64,000 nt of DNA from Nannocystis pusilla (GTDB lineage Bacteria; Myxococcota_A; Polyangia; Nannocystales; Nannocystaceae), in assembly GCF_049337375.1 (NCBI RefSeq), contig NZ_JBMPIV010000001.1; one strand, written 5' to 3'. Below, piece after piece: positions 33,082-43,294 of the stretch. Position numbers and translations under genes: made by a program. Positions within the stretch are counted from its first letter, which is position 1. Every line of letters begins with the position of its first letter. The notes below the pieces were generated by a model. It saw only the letters and a program-made list of their open reading frames with translations. It made no database searches and was not told where the DNA came from.

Positions 33082-33948
33082 ATGAAGAAGCCGATCGTCA
33101 CTCTCGTGGCCGCTGCGTTTCTCGCCTCGAGCATGCCCGCCCGCTCGGCGGCGGCCGCGGTGTACGTCCCGATCGCCGTGCGCGCGGCGCTGGCCCAGCC
33201 GCCGCCCACCGACGCGAACGGCGAGACCTTCGAGAGCCTGGCCGAGCAGGCGCGCGCCAAGTACCGCGAGAAGGACTACGCGGGCGCGGTGGCGCTGTTC
33301 GAGCGGGCCTACGCGCTGCAGCCCGACCCGGCGATCTTGTTCAACATCGGCCGCATTCAAGAGCAGGCCAACAACGTCGACGCGGCGATCGCCTACTACC
33401 AGAAGTTCATCGCCGACGAGTCGGTCGACATCGGCCTGCGCGACACGGCGCTGCAGCGGCTCGCCACGCTCGAGAAGATCGTCGAGATCCGCGAGAAGGA
33501 AGAGGCCAAGTCGAAGCCGAAGCAGCCCGAGCCGAACAAGCAGCCGGAGACGGGCCAGCAGGTTGGGCCGCAGCCGGGGCCGCAGCCGCCGCCCGGCGAC
33601 GACAAGTCGGGGCAGAACAAGGCAAAGATCATGCGGCCGATCGGCTACACCATGTTCGGCGTCGGCGCGGCGCTGCTGGTCAGCGGCGGCATCGCGGGCG
33701 GGCTGGCCAAGGGCCAGGAGAACAAGTTCGAGGCCGCGGAGACGCTCGACGACCAGCGCGAGGCCGGTCAGAAGGGCAAGTCGCTGGCGGCCACCGCCGA
33801 CGGCCTGTTCATCGCCGGCGGCGTGCTCGCGGTGGTCGGCATGGTGCTCTTGCTGGTGCCGAAGGCCCGCAAGTCGAAGGCCGTGCAGGCGATGCAGCCC
33901 AAGGTCTCGCCGAGCCAGCTCGGCCTCGGTTACGTCTACCGCTTCTGA
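33082..33948 (+). CDS. secreted TPR-like protein with C-terminal TM helix
   Basis: Signal peptide. TPR-like helical N-domain (YAGAVALFERAYALQPDPAILFNIGRIQEQANNVDAAIAYYQKF). Pro/Gln-rich linker. C-terminal TM segment. Confidence 0.5.
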   Translation: MKKPIVTLVAAAFLASSMPARSAAAAVYVPIAVRAALAQPPPTDANGETFESLAEQARAKYREKDYAGAVALFERAYALQPDPAILFNIGRIQEQANNVDAAIAYYQKFIADESVDIGLRDTALQRLATLEKIVEIREKEEAKSKPKQPEPNKQPETGQQVGPQPGPQPPPGDDKSGQNKAKIMRPIGYTMFGVGAALLVSGGIAGGLAKGQENKFEAAETLDDQREAGQKGKSLAATADGLFIAGGVLAVVGMVLLLVPKARKSKAVQAMQPKVSPSQLGLGYVYRF

Positions 33949-33974
33949 GCCGCGAACGCTGGAGCTTTGCGACC

Positions 33975-35555
33975 ATGTCGTCAGTCTTCTCGCATCTGCT
34001 TGTCCGGTTCTCTGTGTGCGGCGCTCTCGGGGTGACTCTCGGGGTGATCTTGGGCGCGTGCTCGGCGACCCTCGACTTCACCGAGTGCTACGAAGACGCC
34101 GACTGCGCGGCGTTCTTCGACGACAACAAGCCGATGTACTGCGCGGCCAACGTCTGCAAGATCCGCGAGAAGGGCTGTGACGCCAACTCGCAGTGCGCGG
34201 GCCTCGGCGAGTCGTACATCTGCGCGACCTCGAGTGCGCCGCGCGAGTGCGCCTCGACCGAGTCCGACGAGTGCGGCGCGCCCATCTACCCCGGCGGCGA
34301 GATCAGCGACGACGTCGCGTTCATCGGCGTGATGCTGCCGAAGACCGGCGCCGACGCCGACCTCGGGCTCGAGATGGAGAAGGGCGTGCTCGCGGCGGTC
34401 GAGGAGTTCAACGCCAGCGGCGAGCTGCCGAACGGCGACAAGATCGCGCTGGTGGTGTGCGACACCAAGAGCGAGGTCGCGTCGGCGACGTCGGCCGCGC
34501 GCCACCTCGGCGACACGCTGACGATCCCGGTGCTCATCGGTCCGGCCGACGACGTCGAGTTCACGGCGGTGGTCGACCAGGTGACGTTCGCCCAGGGCGT
34601 CAACGCGTTCACGATGGGGCCGATGATCACGGCCGACATGAGCGAGCTCGACACCTCGACCGGCAGCGGCCTGGTGTTCCAGGCGATGGCCGGCGCGAAG
34701 TTCCAGGGGCCGGCGCTGGGCGAGCGGATCGGGGCCGACTTCGCCGGCGACCCGACGGCCAACGCGATCCTGCTGCTGTCGGAGGACGCGTACGGGCTCA
34801 GCCTTTACAACGCGGTGGCGACCGAGGAGACGGGCGGGCCGAGCCAGATCCCGCAGGTCCCGGGCAGCCAGTTCATCGCCTCGTACCGCGGGCTCGACGA
34901 CGCCACCAAGGGCGCCAAGGCCAAGCTCGACACGGCGCTCAAGACCTTCGCGGAGCCGCCGATGCTGATCCTGCTCGGGCGGTCCGAGGTCGCCGAGATC
35001 ATCAAGCACTACAAGACCACCGGCGCCCCGCTGCCGCAGAAGATCTACGTGCCCAAGCGGGCGATGCCGGCGGTCTCGGCGCTCGAGGACCCCGATCTCG
35101 CGGGCATCGTCGTCGCCGTCACGCCCGACCTCGAGACGCCGCAGCTGGCCAAGCTGCGCACGCGCCTCGGGGAGGCGAACCTCGCGCCCGAGGGCGCGCT
35201 CGCCTACGACGCGACGATGGCGTCGCTGTTCGGCATGGCGGCCGTGAAGTCGGGCGACATCGTGGTCGGCCTGCGCGTCGCCGACGCGTTCAAGAAGCTG
35301 TCCGACAAGGCCGGCACGCCGATCGACTTCGGCGTCGGCCCGAAGATGTTCGTGCCCGCCGCGCTCACCGCCTTCCAGTCGAGCAAGACCATCGACCTCG
35401 TCGGCATCACCGGCCCGCTCGACTTCGACGCCAGCGGCGAGGTGTGCAGCCCGATCGCCGCCTACACGCTCGACGACAAGGGCGGGTGGACGAAGACCGC
35501 CGTGTACACGCCCGCCTGCCCGAGCGCGACCGGCACCTGGGCGCCCGTCCCCTGA
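33975..35555 (+). CDS. ABC-type substrate-binding lipoprotein (periplasmic binding protein, LivK/Peripla_BP_6-like)
   Basis: Lipobox LGAC. N-terminal Cys-rich module. Type-I PBP fold features (IGVMLPKTGADA...LVVCDTKS...). Confidence 0.6.
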   Translation: MSSVFSHLLVRFSVCGALGVTLGVILGACSATLDFTECYEDADCAAFFDDNKPMYCAANVCKIREKGCDANSQCAGLGESYICATSSAPRECASTESDECGAPIYPGGEISDDVAFIGVMLPKTGADADLGLEMEKGVLAAVEEFNASGELPNGDKIALVVCDTKSEVASATSAARHLGDTLTIPVLIGPADDVEFTAVVDQVTFAQGVNAFTMGPMITADMSELDTSTGSGLVFQAMAGAKFQGPALGERIGADFAGDPTANAILLLSEDAYGLSLYNAVATEETGGPSQIPQVPGSQFIASYRGLDDATKGAKAKLDTALKTFAEPPMLILLGRSEVAEIIKHYKTTGAPLPQKIYVPKRAMPAVSALEDPDLAGIVVAVTPDLETPQLAKLRTRLGEANLAPEGALAYDATMASLFGMAAVKSGDIVVGLRVADAFKKLSDKAGTPIDFGVGPKMFVPAALTAFQSSKTIDLVGITGPLDFDASGEVCSPIAAYTLDDKGGWTKTAVYTPACPSATGTWAPVP

Positions 35556-35584
35556 GCCGCGCCCGTAGGTGAGAGATGGCGTGA

Positions 35585-35615
35585 CCGCCAGGACATGTCC
35601 TGGCGGTCATGCTGC
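35585..35615. repeat. 24-bp perfect palindrome ACCGCCAGGACATGTCCTGGCGGT (GGACATGTCC family)
   Basis: Sits 30 nt downstream of the PBP stop in a convergent spacer. Confidence 0.7.
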
Positions 35616-35839
35616 TTTCGGGGCGCGCGCCGAGCTCCCGAACGGAGGCCCGGGAGCGCCGCGGTCGACAGTCGTTCCGCGGATGCGAGCGCGGGCGTGG
35701 ATGCACCCGCCGGCGTGACGATCGCGAGCCGGGGCGCGAGAGCCGAGCGGGCGACCGAGCGCCCGCACGGCAGCGCGGCATGGCGAAGGGCCGGACACGC
35801 GAGCTCGCTCGTGGACGTCCCGCGGCGCGTCGCCGAAGC

Positions 35840-35910
35840 AACAGGGCCGTTCGGACATGTCCGAGCGGCCCTGCGTGAACGGGCATGTCCGCCGGGACAT
35901 GCCGTAAAGG
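35840..35910. repeat. cluster of GGACATGTCC-family palindromes (GGGCCGTTCGGACATGTCCGAGCGGCCC plus two half-sites)
   Basis: 28-bp near-perfect palindrome, then GGGCATGTCC and GGGACATGCC, just downstream of the fadE stop. Confidence 0.65.
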
Positions 35911-37719
35911 TCAGACGAACAGCGCGGGGTCGAGGGCGCTCTCGTCGTTCGACTGGATGCTCTTGCCGAGGGCGATCGCCTGCGGGAGGATCGCGGCGAC
36001 GAAGAACTCGAGGTTGCGCTGCTTGCCGACGAGCAGCGGCTCGTCGCCGCGGGTCTGGCGGAGGCGGGCGGCGACCAGCGCCTGCTCGACGCACTCGATG
36101 GCGAGCAGGACCAGGCCGAACATGCGCGTGAAGGGGACGGCCTGGATCATCGCCGCCTCGACCTTGCGCGCCTTGCCGAGGCCCGCGAGGTGCATCGCGC
36201 TGGCGGCGAGCAGCTGCACCGCCTTGCCGATCGCCTCGGCGGGGCCGCCGAGCCCGGCCTCCGCGGCGGCGGCGAGCCGGCTCTGGGCCTCCTGCATCCA
36301 CTCGATGAACAGCGCGCCGCCGCCGACCCGCAGCTTGCGGCCGACCAGGTCCATGGCCTGGATGCCGTTGGTGCCCTCGTAGATCGAGCAGATCTTGACG
36401 TCGCGGACGAGCTGCTCGACGGGGTACTCGCCGATGTATCCGTAGCCGCCGTAGACCTGGACCGCGCCGACGGCGACCTCGAAGCCGAGGTCGGTGCAGG
36501 TGGCCTTGAGGATCGGCGTGAGCAGGTCGACGCGGCCGCGCAGGCGCTCGCGCTCGGCCGGGTCCTCGGTGGCGTGCTCGCGGTCGACGACCAGCGCCGT
36601 GCGCAGCAGCAGCGACCGCATCGCCTCGGCGTAGACCTTCTGCGTCATCAGCATGCGGCGGACGTCGGGGTGCTGGACGATCGCCACGCTGGGCGCGTCC
36701 TGGCTGCGGGCCTCGCGGATCGACTGGCCCTGGATCCGCTCCTTCGCGTAGCCGCGGGCGTAGTTGTAGGCCGCGGCCGCCATCGCGTGGCCCTGCACGG
36801 CGACGCCGATCCGCGCCTCGTTCATCATCAGGAACATCAGCTCGATGCCCTGGTTCTCCTGGCCGAGCAGGACGCCGCGACACGGGAGGTCGCCGCCGAG
36901 GCCGAGGACGCAGGTCGAGGAGCCGTGGATGCCCATCTTCTCCTCGATGCGCAGCACCTTGGCGCCGTTGCGGGCCCCGAGCGCGCCGCCGGCGTCGAAC
37001 TCGTACTTCGGGACCATGAACAGCGACAGGCCCTTGGTGCCCTTGCCGGCGTTCGGGGTGCGGGCGAGCACCAGGTGGACGATGTTGGCGGTCAGGTCCT
37101 GGTCGCCGCCGCTGATGAAGATCTTCTCGCCCTCGAGCAGATAGACGCCGGGCTCATCCGTGGGGGTGGCGCGGCAGCGGTTGTCGCCGACCGAGCTGCC
37201 GGCGCCGGCCTCGGTGAGGCACATGGTCCCGCCCCACTCGCCGGTGAACATCTTGCGGGCGATCATCTCCCGCGTGGCCTCCGGGCCGTGGCCCAGGATC
37301 ACGCGCGCGGCGCCGACGGTCAGGCCGGCGTACATCATGAACGCCATGCAGGCGCCGCACAGCATCTCGCTCAGGCTGACGTGGATCGCGAAGGGCAGGC
37401 CGCTGCCGCCGAGCTCGCTGGGCGCCGAGGGCGCGAGCCAGCCGCCCTCGCGCAGGACCTCCCAGGCCTCGCGATAGCCCTTCGGGGTCGTGACGTTGCC
37501 CTGGCCGTCGAAGCTGCAGCCCTCGAGATCGCCGGGCGCATTGATCGGGGCCAGGACCTCCCGCGCCAGGCGCTCGCCCTCCGCGAGCGTGGCCTCGTAG
37601 ACCTCGCGGTCGAGCTCGGCGAAGCGCGGGATCGCGGCGAGCTGCTCGTGTGCGGCGAGCTGGTCGAAGAGGACGAAGTGGAGATCGCGGAGGTCGACGG
37701 AGAAGCTGGTGGTGCTCAC
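35911..37719 (-). CDS. fadE: acyl-CoA dehydrogenase (long FadE-type with C-terminal extension)
   Basis: ACAD N/M/C domains ([12 protein letters not shown]..., [21 protein letters not shown]). About 600 aa. GTG start at 37719. Confidence 0.8.
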   Translation of the reverse strand: MSTTSFSVDLRDLHFVLFDQLAAHEQLAAIPRFAELDREVYEATLAEGERLAREVLAPINAPGDLEGCSFDGQGNVTTPKGYREAWEVLREGGWLAPSAPSELGGSGLPFAIHVSLSEMLCGACMAFMMYAGLTVGAARVILGHGPEATREMIARKMFTGEWGGTMCLTEAGAGSSVGDNRCRATPTDEPGVYLLEGEKIFISGGDQDLTANIVHLVLARTPNAGKGTKGLSLFMVPKYEFDAGGALGARNGAKVLRIEEKMGIHGSSTCVLGLGGDLPCRGVLLGQENQGIELMFLMMNEARIGVAVQGHAMAAAAYNYARGYAKERIQGQSIREARSQDAPSVAIVQHPDVRRMLMTQKVYAEAMRSLLLRTALVVDREHATEDPAERERLRGRVDLLTPILKATCTDLGFEVAVGAVQVYGGYGYIGEYPVEQLVRDVKICSIYEGTNGIQAMDLVGRKLRVGGGALFIEWMQEAQSRLAAAAEAGLGGPAEAIGKAVQLLAASAMHLAGLGKARKVEAAMIQAVPFTRMFGLVLLAIECVEQALVAARLRQTRGDEPLLVGKQRNLEFFVAAILPQAIALGKSIQSNDESALDPALFV

Positions 37720-37919
37720 GATTCCTCGCTTTGGGCCGCGGCGCGCAGGCGCCGTCGCACTGTGGTACTTCCTCGAACCGAGGGCGTCCAGGCCACAGGC
37801 ACGGGCTCGCGCCGACGTCCGGGGGACCCGGCCCCCAGCGGGCGCCGGCGTCGCTTCTGCCTGTTCGTGAGGATGCAATCGTCGGCCACGCGCCCCCGCG
37901 AGCGACGAGGCGGCCACAC

Positions 37920-38522
37920 TTGGCCGGCGTGGCGCAGGTGCTCCTGTTCAACAAGCCCTACGGGGTGCTGACGCAATTCACCGACCGGGAGGGCCGGCCG
38001 ACGCTGGCGAACTTCATCGACGTCCCCGGCGTGTACGCCGCCGGACGCCTGGACTTCGACAGCGAGGGCCTGGTGGTGCTGACCGACGATGGGGCCCTGC
38101 AGCACCAACTCAGCGATCCGCGCCACAAGCTGGCCAAGACGTATTGGGTGCAAGTCGAGGGGACGGCCCAGGAAGCGGCGCTGGAGCGCCTGCGGGCCGG
38201 TTTGGTCCTCCGTGACGGCCCGACCGCACCCGCCGAGGTGAGGCTCGTCGGCCCTCCGCCGCTGTGGGAGCGAACGCCGCCGATTCGCACGCGCCTGTCG
38301 ATCCCGACCTGCTGGTTGGAGCTCGTCCTGCGCGAGGGCCGAAACCGCCAGGTGCGGCGCATGACGGCCGCGGTCGGGTTGCCGACGCTGCGTCTGGTCC
38401 GCTGGGCGATCGGACCCTGGACCCTCGAGGGCCTCGCGCCCGGACAATGGCGGGCGCTGACGGCCGACGAAGCGCGGCCCCGGGGTCAGCGCCAGCTTTT
38501 CCGCCCGCGGCGGCCGTGCTAG
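37920..38522 (+). CDS. rluE: rRNA pseudouridine synthase (RsuA/RluE family)
   Basis: [14 protein letters not shown] and [17 protein letters not shown] (catalytic Asp) motifs. Start uncertain (TTG 37920 / GTG 37929). Confidence 0.65.
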   Translation: MAGVAQVLLFNKPYGVLTQFTDREGRPTLANFIDVPGVYAAGRLDFDSEGLVVLTDDGALQHQLSDPRHKLAKTYWVQVEGTAQEAALERLRAGLVLRDGPTAPAEVRLVGPPPLWERTPPIRTRLSIPTCWLELVLREGRNRQVRRMTAAVGLPTLRLVRWAIGPWTLEGLAPGQWRALTADEARPRGQRQLFRPRRPC

Positions 38523-38537
38523 CGTCCAACGAGCGCG

Positions 38538-40595
38538 ATGGCGACGAACGAAGGGAGCCGCGACTCCGGCCAGGCTGGCGAGGATCGATCGGTGCCGCGG
38601 TTGACCGCGGTCATCGTGGATCCTCCGGACTCGCTCCCGTCGACGCCCGTGGTCTCGCACGAGCTGGGCGCCGACGACGACCTCGCAGAGGAGTATGAGG
38701 CAGCGCTCGAGAACCAGGTCTCGGCGGCCCACTTCTCGATCGAGCTCGGACGCCCGTCCGGCGAGGTCGAGCTCGACGGGCAGCCGACCAGCGTGGACGG
38801 CGAGCCCCAGGCCGAAGACGAGGACACCGTCGAGCGTACCGCCGCCAAGAGCCTCAAGGCCAAGGCGACGGCGGCCAAGCGCGACGCGCTGTTCGGCCAG
38901 GTGCTGGCCGACCGCTACCGGATCCTCGACCTCATCGGCAAGGGCGGGATGGGCAAGGTCTACCTCGCCGAGCACGTGGCGCTCGGCAAGAAGGTGGCCG
39001 TCAAGGTCCTGAACCCGGCCTACACCAACCGCCCCGACCAGGTGAAGCGGTTCCTCCGCGAGGCCCGGGCGGCGTCGACGATCGGCCACGAGAACGTCAT
39101 CGACATCACCGACTTCGGCGCGATGCCCAACGGCCAGGTGTTCTTCGCCATGGAGCACCTGCAAGGCGAGGACCTCGGCAAGATCCTCAAGAAGGGGCCG
39201 ATGGCGTGGGCGCGGGCCCGCCGGGTGCTGCTGCAGATCTGCCGCGCGCTGCAGGCCGCCCACGCGCACGGGATCATCCACCGGGACATGAAGCCGGAGA
39301 ACGTCTTCCTGATCCAGCGCAACGGGATTCGCGACTTCGTCAAGGTGCTCGACTTCGGGATCGCCAAGTTCCTCGAGGAGAACCGCGACGGCGGCACGAA
39401 CCCGCTGACGCAGGTGGGCGCGCTGATCGGCACGCCCGAGTACATGGCGCCGGAGCAGATCCACGGCGACCCGGCCGACCAGCGCATGGACATCTATGCG
39501 GTCGGCTGCATCCTTTATCAGCTGCTCACCGGCAACCTCCCGTTCACCGACAAGACGATGTACGGGGTGCTGTCGCAGCAGGTGAACGCCAAGCCGGTGC
39601 CGCCGCGGCAGCTGGCGCCCGAGGCCGACATCCCGGTCGAGGTCGAGGCGGTCATCCTGAAGGCGATGGAGAAGGACAAGACGCAGCGTTACCAGACGAT
39701 GGGCGAGCTGATCGAAGCCATCGTCGCGACGCCGCGCGGGGCCGCCGGGGACGTCGGGCGGACCACCACGACCAATCTCGAGGCGGCGGCCCAGGCGGCG
39801 CGCCTGGCCGTCGGGGTCAGCATGCCGGCGGGCGTGGCCGTGCCCAACCCCGTGACGCCGGACGACTCGTTGCTGACGCAAGGACTCAGCAGCGCGTCGG
39901 GGCTGCGGCCGACGTCGCTGTCGCTGCCGTGGCGCGGCGGGACGATGGACGCGCAGATGTTGACGCGCCTGGTGATCGGCCTCGGCGCGGCGGTGCTGGT
40001 GCTGGTGGTCGGCCTGGTGTGCGCGCTCAGCCGCAGCGACGATCCGAAGCCGCAGCCGGTCGACAAGCCGAGCGAGGTCGCGGCGGTCACGGCCGGCTCG
40101 CCCGAGGCGCCGAAGCCGGTCGAGACGCCGGAGACCAAGATCGAGGCGCCGCCGGAGACGAAGGTCGAGCCGACGCCGGAGCCGAAGAAGGCCGACGACG
40201 TGCCGATCGTGGTCGAAGACGAGGCGAAGAAGGACGCGGGCAAGAAGGCCACCGAGCCCAAGAAGACGACCACGGTCAAGAAGAGCGAGCCGGCCGCGCC
40301 GAAGGGCGAAGAGGCGTCGGCCAACTGGCCCGAGGTGCTGGGGCCGATGGAGCGCTCGCAGGCGCTGAAGAGCTACCGCGCCGATTTCGAGACCTGCCGG
40401 ACGATCAGCACGCCGAAGGGCAAGACCTACAAGCTGCGGCTCAAGGTCGACGGCCCGAAGGGGCGCGTGACCGAGGCGACGTCCGACGACACGAGCGCGG
40501 AGGCGAAGTGCCTGGCGCGGGCCTTCAAGACCAAGGTCCGGTTCGTCAACACCCGCAAGTCGCCGCAAGAGTTCACGATCGTCGTGCCGCTCTGA
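38538..40595 (+). CDS. Hanks-type Ser/Thr protein kinase with TM and C-terminal periplasmic domain
   Basis: GKGGMGKVY, AVKVL, HRDMKPENVF, DFG, APEQ motifs. TM helix LVIGLGAAVLVLVVGLV. Lys/Pro/Glu-rich linker. Confidence 0.85.
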   Translation: MATNEGSRDSGQAGEDRSVPRLTAVIVDPPDSLPSTPVVSHELGADDDLAEEYEAALENQVSAAHFSIELGRPSGEVELDGQPTSVDGEPQAEDEDTVERTAAKSLKAKATAAKRDALFGQVLADRYRILDLIGKGGMGKVYLAEHVALGKKVAVKVLNPAYTNRPDQVKRFLREARAASTIGHENVIDITDFGAMPNGQVFFAMEHLQGEDLGKILKKGPMAWARARRVLLQICRALQAAHAHGIIHRDMKPENVFLIQRNGIRDFVKVLDFGIAKFLEENRDGGTNPLTQVGALIGTPEYMAPEQIHGDPADQRMDIYAVGCILYQLLTGNLPFTDKTMYGVLSQQVNAKPVPPRQLAPEADIPVEVEAVILKAMEKDKTQRYQTMGELIEAIVATPRGAAGDVGRTTTTNLEAAAQAARLAVGVSMPAGVAVPNPVTPDDSLLTQGLSSASGLRPTSLSLPWRGGTMDAQMLTRLVIGLGAAVLVLVVGLVCALSRSDDPKPQPVDKPSEVAAVTAGSPEAPKPVETPETKIEAPPETKVEPTPEPKKADDVPIVVEDEAKKDAGKKATEPKKTTTVKKSEPAAPKGEEASANWPEVLGPMERSQALKSYRADFETCRTISTPKGKTYKLRLKVDGPKGRVTEATSDDTSAEAKCLARAFKTKVRFVNTRKSPQEFTIVVPL

Positions 40596-41902
40596 TGCGC
40601 GTCGCGTTCAGCACGCTCGGCTGTCGTCTCAACCAGTTCGAGTCCGACGCCCTCGAGCAGATGGCCCGCGCGGCCGGCCACACCGTGGTCGACGCCGAGG
40701 CCGCGCCCGAGGTCGTGATCGTCAACACCTGCACGATCACCCACGAGGCCGACGCCGACGCGCGCCAACACGTGCGCCGGGCCGCGCGCGCCGGGGCGAA
40801 GGTGGTGGTCACCGGCTGCTGGGCGACGGCCGCCCCCGCGGAGGCGGCGGCGCTGCCGGGGGTGACGCTGGTGGTCGGCAACCGCGAGAAGGAGCGGCTG
40901 TTCGAGGTGCTCGGAGAGACATGTTCGGAGGGACATGTCCCGGAGATCCACGTGGCCCCGGTCGACCTGCTGCGGCGCGTCCGGGCGGCCCGCCTGCGCC
41001 CGGCCGCCGACCCGCGGCGCAGCCGGGCGTACCTGAAGATCCAGGACGGCTGCGACTACCGCTGCAGCTTCTGCATCGTGCCGCAGGTGCGCGGGCGCAG
41101 CGTGAGCGTGGCGCCCGCGGAGGTGCGGGCGCAGCTGGACGAGCTGGTCGCCGCGGGGGTGCCCGAGGTGGTGCTCACCGGGGTCCACCTCGGGATCTAC
41201 GGCCGCGACCTGCGGCCGCGCAGCTCGTTGTCGTCGCTGATCGCGGAGCTGCTGCCGCAGCTCGGGCCGGCGCGGCTGCGCCTCGGTTCGGTCGATCCGC
41301 ACGAGGTCGACGATCACCTGGTGACGCTGCTGGCGACGGATCCGCGGCTGTGTCCGTACCTCCACTTGCCGGTGCAGAGCGGCGACGACGACACGCTGCG
41401 GCGCATGCGGCGGGCGCACACGGCCGCCGACCTGCAGGCGCTGGTGCCTCGGCTGGCCGCGGCGGTGCCGGGGATCGGCATCGGCACCGACGTGATCGTC
41501 GGCTTCCCCGGCGAGTCGGACGAGGCGTTCGCGGCCACGCACGCGCTGCTGGCCGCGCTGCCGCTGGCCTACCTGCACGTGTTCGCCTATTCGCCGCGCG
41601 CGGGCACCGACGCCGCCTGTCTCTCGGGGCAGGTCGACGCGGCGGTCAAGCAGCGGCGCGGCGCGAAGTTGCGGGCGCTGTCGGCGGCGAAGCAGGAGGC
41701 GTTCGCGGCGGCGCAGATCGGGCGCACCCTGCCGGTGGTGATGCACCGGTCGCGTCACCGGCGGACGGGGCTGCTGGTCGGTCGGGCCGGCAACGGCTTG
41801 ACGGTGCTGGCGGCCGGCGACGACGCGCTGCTGGGCCGGGCCGGCCAGATCGAGGTCGAGCGCGCCGAGGGGCCGCTCGCGGTCGGTCGGCTGGTCGCGT
41901 GA
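40595..41902 (+). CDS. mtaB: radical-SAM methylthiotransferase (MiaB/RimO/MtaB family; MtaB-like)
   Basis: MTTase N-domain Cys (GCRLNQFES...NTCTIT...TGCWA). Radical-SAM CDYRCSFC. TRAM-like C-terminus. Start overlaps the kinase stop (TGATG). Confidence 0.8.
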   Translation: MRVAFSTLGCRLNQFESDALEQMARAAGHTVVDAEAAPEVVIVNTCTITHEADADARQHVRRAARAGAKVVVTGCWATAAPAEAAALPGVTLVVGNREKERLFEVLGETCSEGHVPEIHVAPVDLLRRVRAARLRPAADPRRSRAYLKIQDGCDYRCSFCIVPQVRGRSVSVAPAEVRAQLDELVAAGVPEVVLTGVHLGIYGRDLRPRSSLSSLIAELLPQLGPARLRLGSVDPHEVDDHLVTLLATDPRLCPYLHLPVQSGDDDTLRRMRRAHTAADLQALVPRLAAAVPGIGIGTDVIVGFPGESDEAFAATHALLAALPLAYLHVFAYSPRAGTDAACLSGQVDAAVKQRRGAKLRALSAAKQEAFAAAQIGRTLPVVMHRSRHRRTGLLVGRAGNGLTVLAAGDDALLGRAGQIEVERAEGPLAVGRLVA

Positions 41903-42044
41903 CGCAGGCCGTGACTCGCTACGGAGGAGCCGCGGGCCAGGGCGGACCAGCCCGAGCGAGCGAGTCGGCCTGAACTTCGGGACAGGGAGGCGCCGCGAGC
42001 GCACCTCCGCCGGTCACCTCGCGAGACCGGCGAGGCGGATCGAC

Positions 42045-42082
42045 GTCGGCGCCGAGCTGGCCGCGAGGACATGTCCTGGCGG
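42045..42082. repeat. GGACATGTCC-centred extended palindrome in a convergent spacer
   Basis: gccgcgaGGACATGTCCtggcggc lies between the mtaB stop and the MBL-hydrolase stop. Confidence 0.65.
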
Positions 42083-42091
42083 CCAGTCGGC

Positions 42092-42907
42092 TCAGAGCTT
42101 CAGCTTCATGCCGTCGCGGGCGGCGACGGTGCCGGGGTAGGCTTCCTGGGCGGCCGCCTCGATCTTGCGCAGCATCTCGTCGTCGTGGGCCGGGTCGTGG
42201 CTGTAGAGGACGAGCTTGCCGACGCGGGCGGCGCGGGCCAGCTTGACGGCCTCGGCGAAGGTGCTGTGGCCCCAGCCCTGCTTGCCGGCGCTGTACTCCT
42301 CGGAGGTGTACTGGGCGTCGTAGATCAGGACGTCTGCCCCTTCGGCCAGGTCGCGCAGGGTCTCGTTGATGTGGTCGGGCGCGTGCTCGGTGTCGGTGGC
42401 GAACACGACCGACTTGCCGCGCTCGTCGACGCGGAACGCGGTGCTCTCCTGCGGGTGCGGCAGCGGGATGTGCCGCAGCGTCGCCTCGGCGATCGTCGTG
42501 ACCTCCTGCGGCAGCAGGTGATGGAAGAGCTTGGTGGAGCCCATCACGTCGAGGCCGACCGGGAAGAACGGCGTCGACATCTGCCGGTCGAGGACGGCGC
42601 GCGCGTCCTTGGTGCAGTAGATGTGGAGGCGGAAGTCCGGCATGAAGGCCGGCGGGAAGAACGGGAAGCCCTGGATGTGATCCCAGTGAGCGTGGGTCAG
42701 AAACAGGTGGATGACCCGCGAGTGCGCGGCTCGAGTCTGCACGAGGCGGATCCCGAGCTCACGGATGCCCGAGCCCGAGTCGAGGATGACGGTGTCCGTC
42801 GTGCTCTCGAGCGAAATCTGAAGGCAGGGCGTGTTGCCGCCGAACTCTGCGTACCGCGGCCCGGAAACTGGAATGCTGCCCCGGGTGCCCCAGAAAGTCA
42901 CTTCCAT
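42092..42907 (-). CDS. MBL-fold metallo-hydrolase
   Basis: HAHWDH metal-binding motif, D..SG, overall β-lactamase-like fold signature. Confidence 0.75.
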   Translation of the reverse strand: MEVTFWGTRGSIPVSGPRYAEFGGNTPCLQISLESTTDTVILDSGSGIRELGIRLVQTRAAHSRVIHLFLTHAHWDHIQGFPFFPPAFMPDFRLHIYCTKDARAVLDRQMSTPFFPVGLDVMGSTKLFHHLLPQEVTTIAEATLRHIPLPHPQESTAFRVDERGKSVVFATDTEHAPDHINETLRDLAEGADVLIYDAQYTSEEYSAGKQGWGHSTFAEAVKLARAARVGKLVLYSHDPAHDDEMLRKIEAAAQEAYPGTVAARDGMKLKL

Positions 42908-43294
42908 GGGGCGCTATCCTTCGCTGGCTGCATGTTTCGCCGATGATAGGGCAGAACAAATTCGGCTGGCAAGCACGGGCCCATGGCACCTCGGAGGTCG
43001 GACGGAGATGATATCGCAGTCCGGCCGCCGAGGGGCACGCGCACCAGGCGGTCGCAACCCGGTTCGTGGGGCGCTGGACGGCCGGCGGGGAGTCGGGAAT
43101 CGCCGGGGTTTTTCGCCGCCAATCGCCCCGAAGCCGCGGCGGAGCGGCATCAGACCCGCCGCGGAGCCGACCCTGGCGGGGGCGACCCGGGCCCACATGG
43201 CGCAGGGCGCGTGAGGCGGCGCCGCCGAATTCGCGCGTGGCTACCGGTTCATGGCGAGGCGCACGGGTTTATTTGCGGGGCCGATCCCGGCGAG

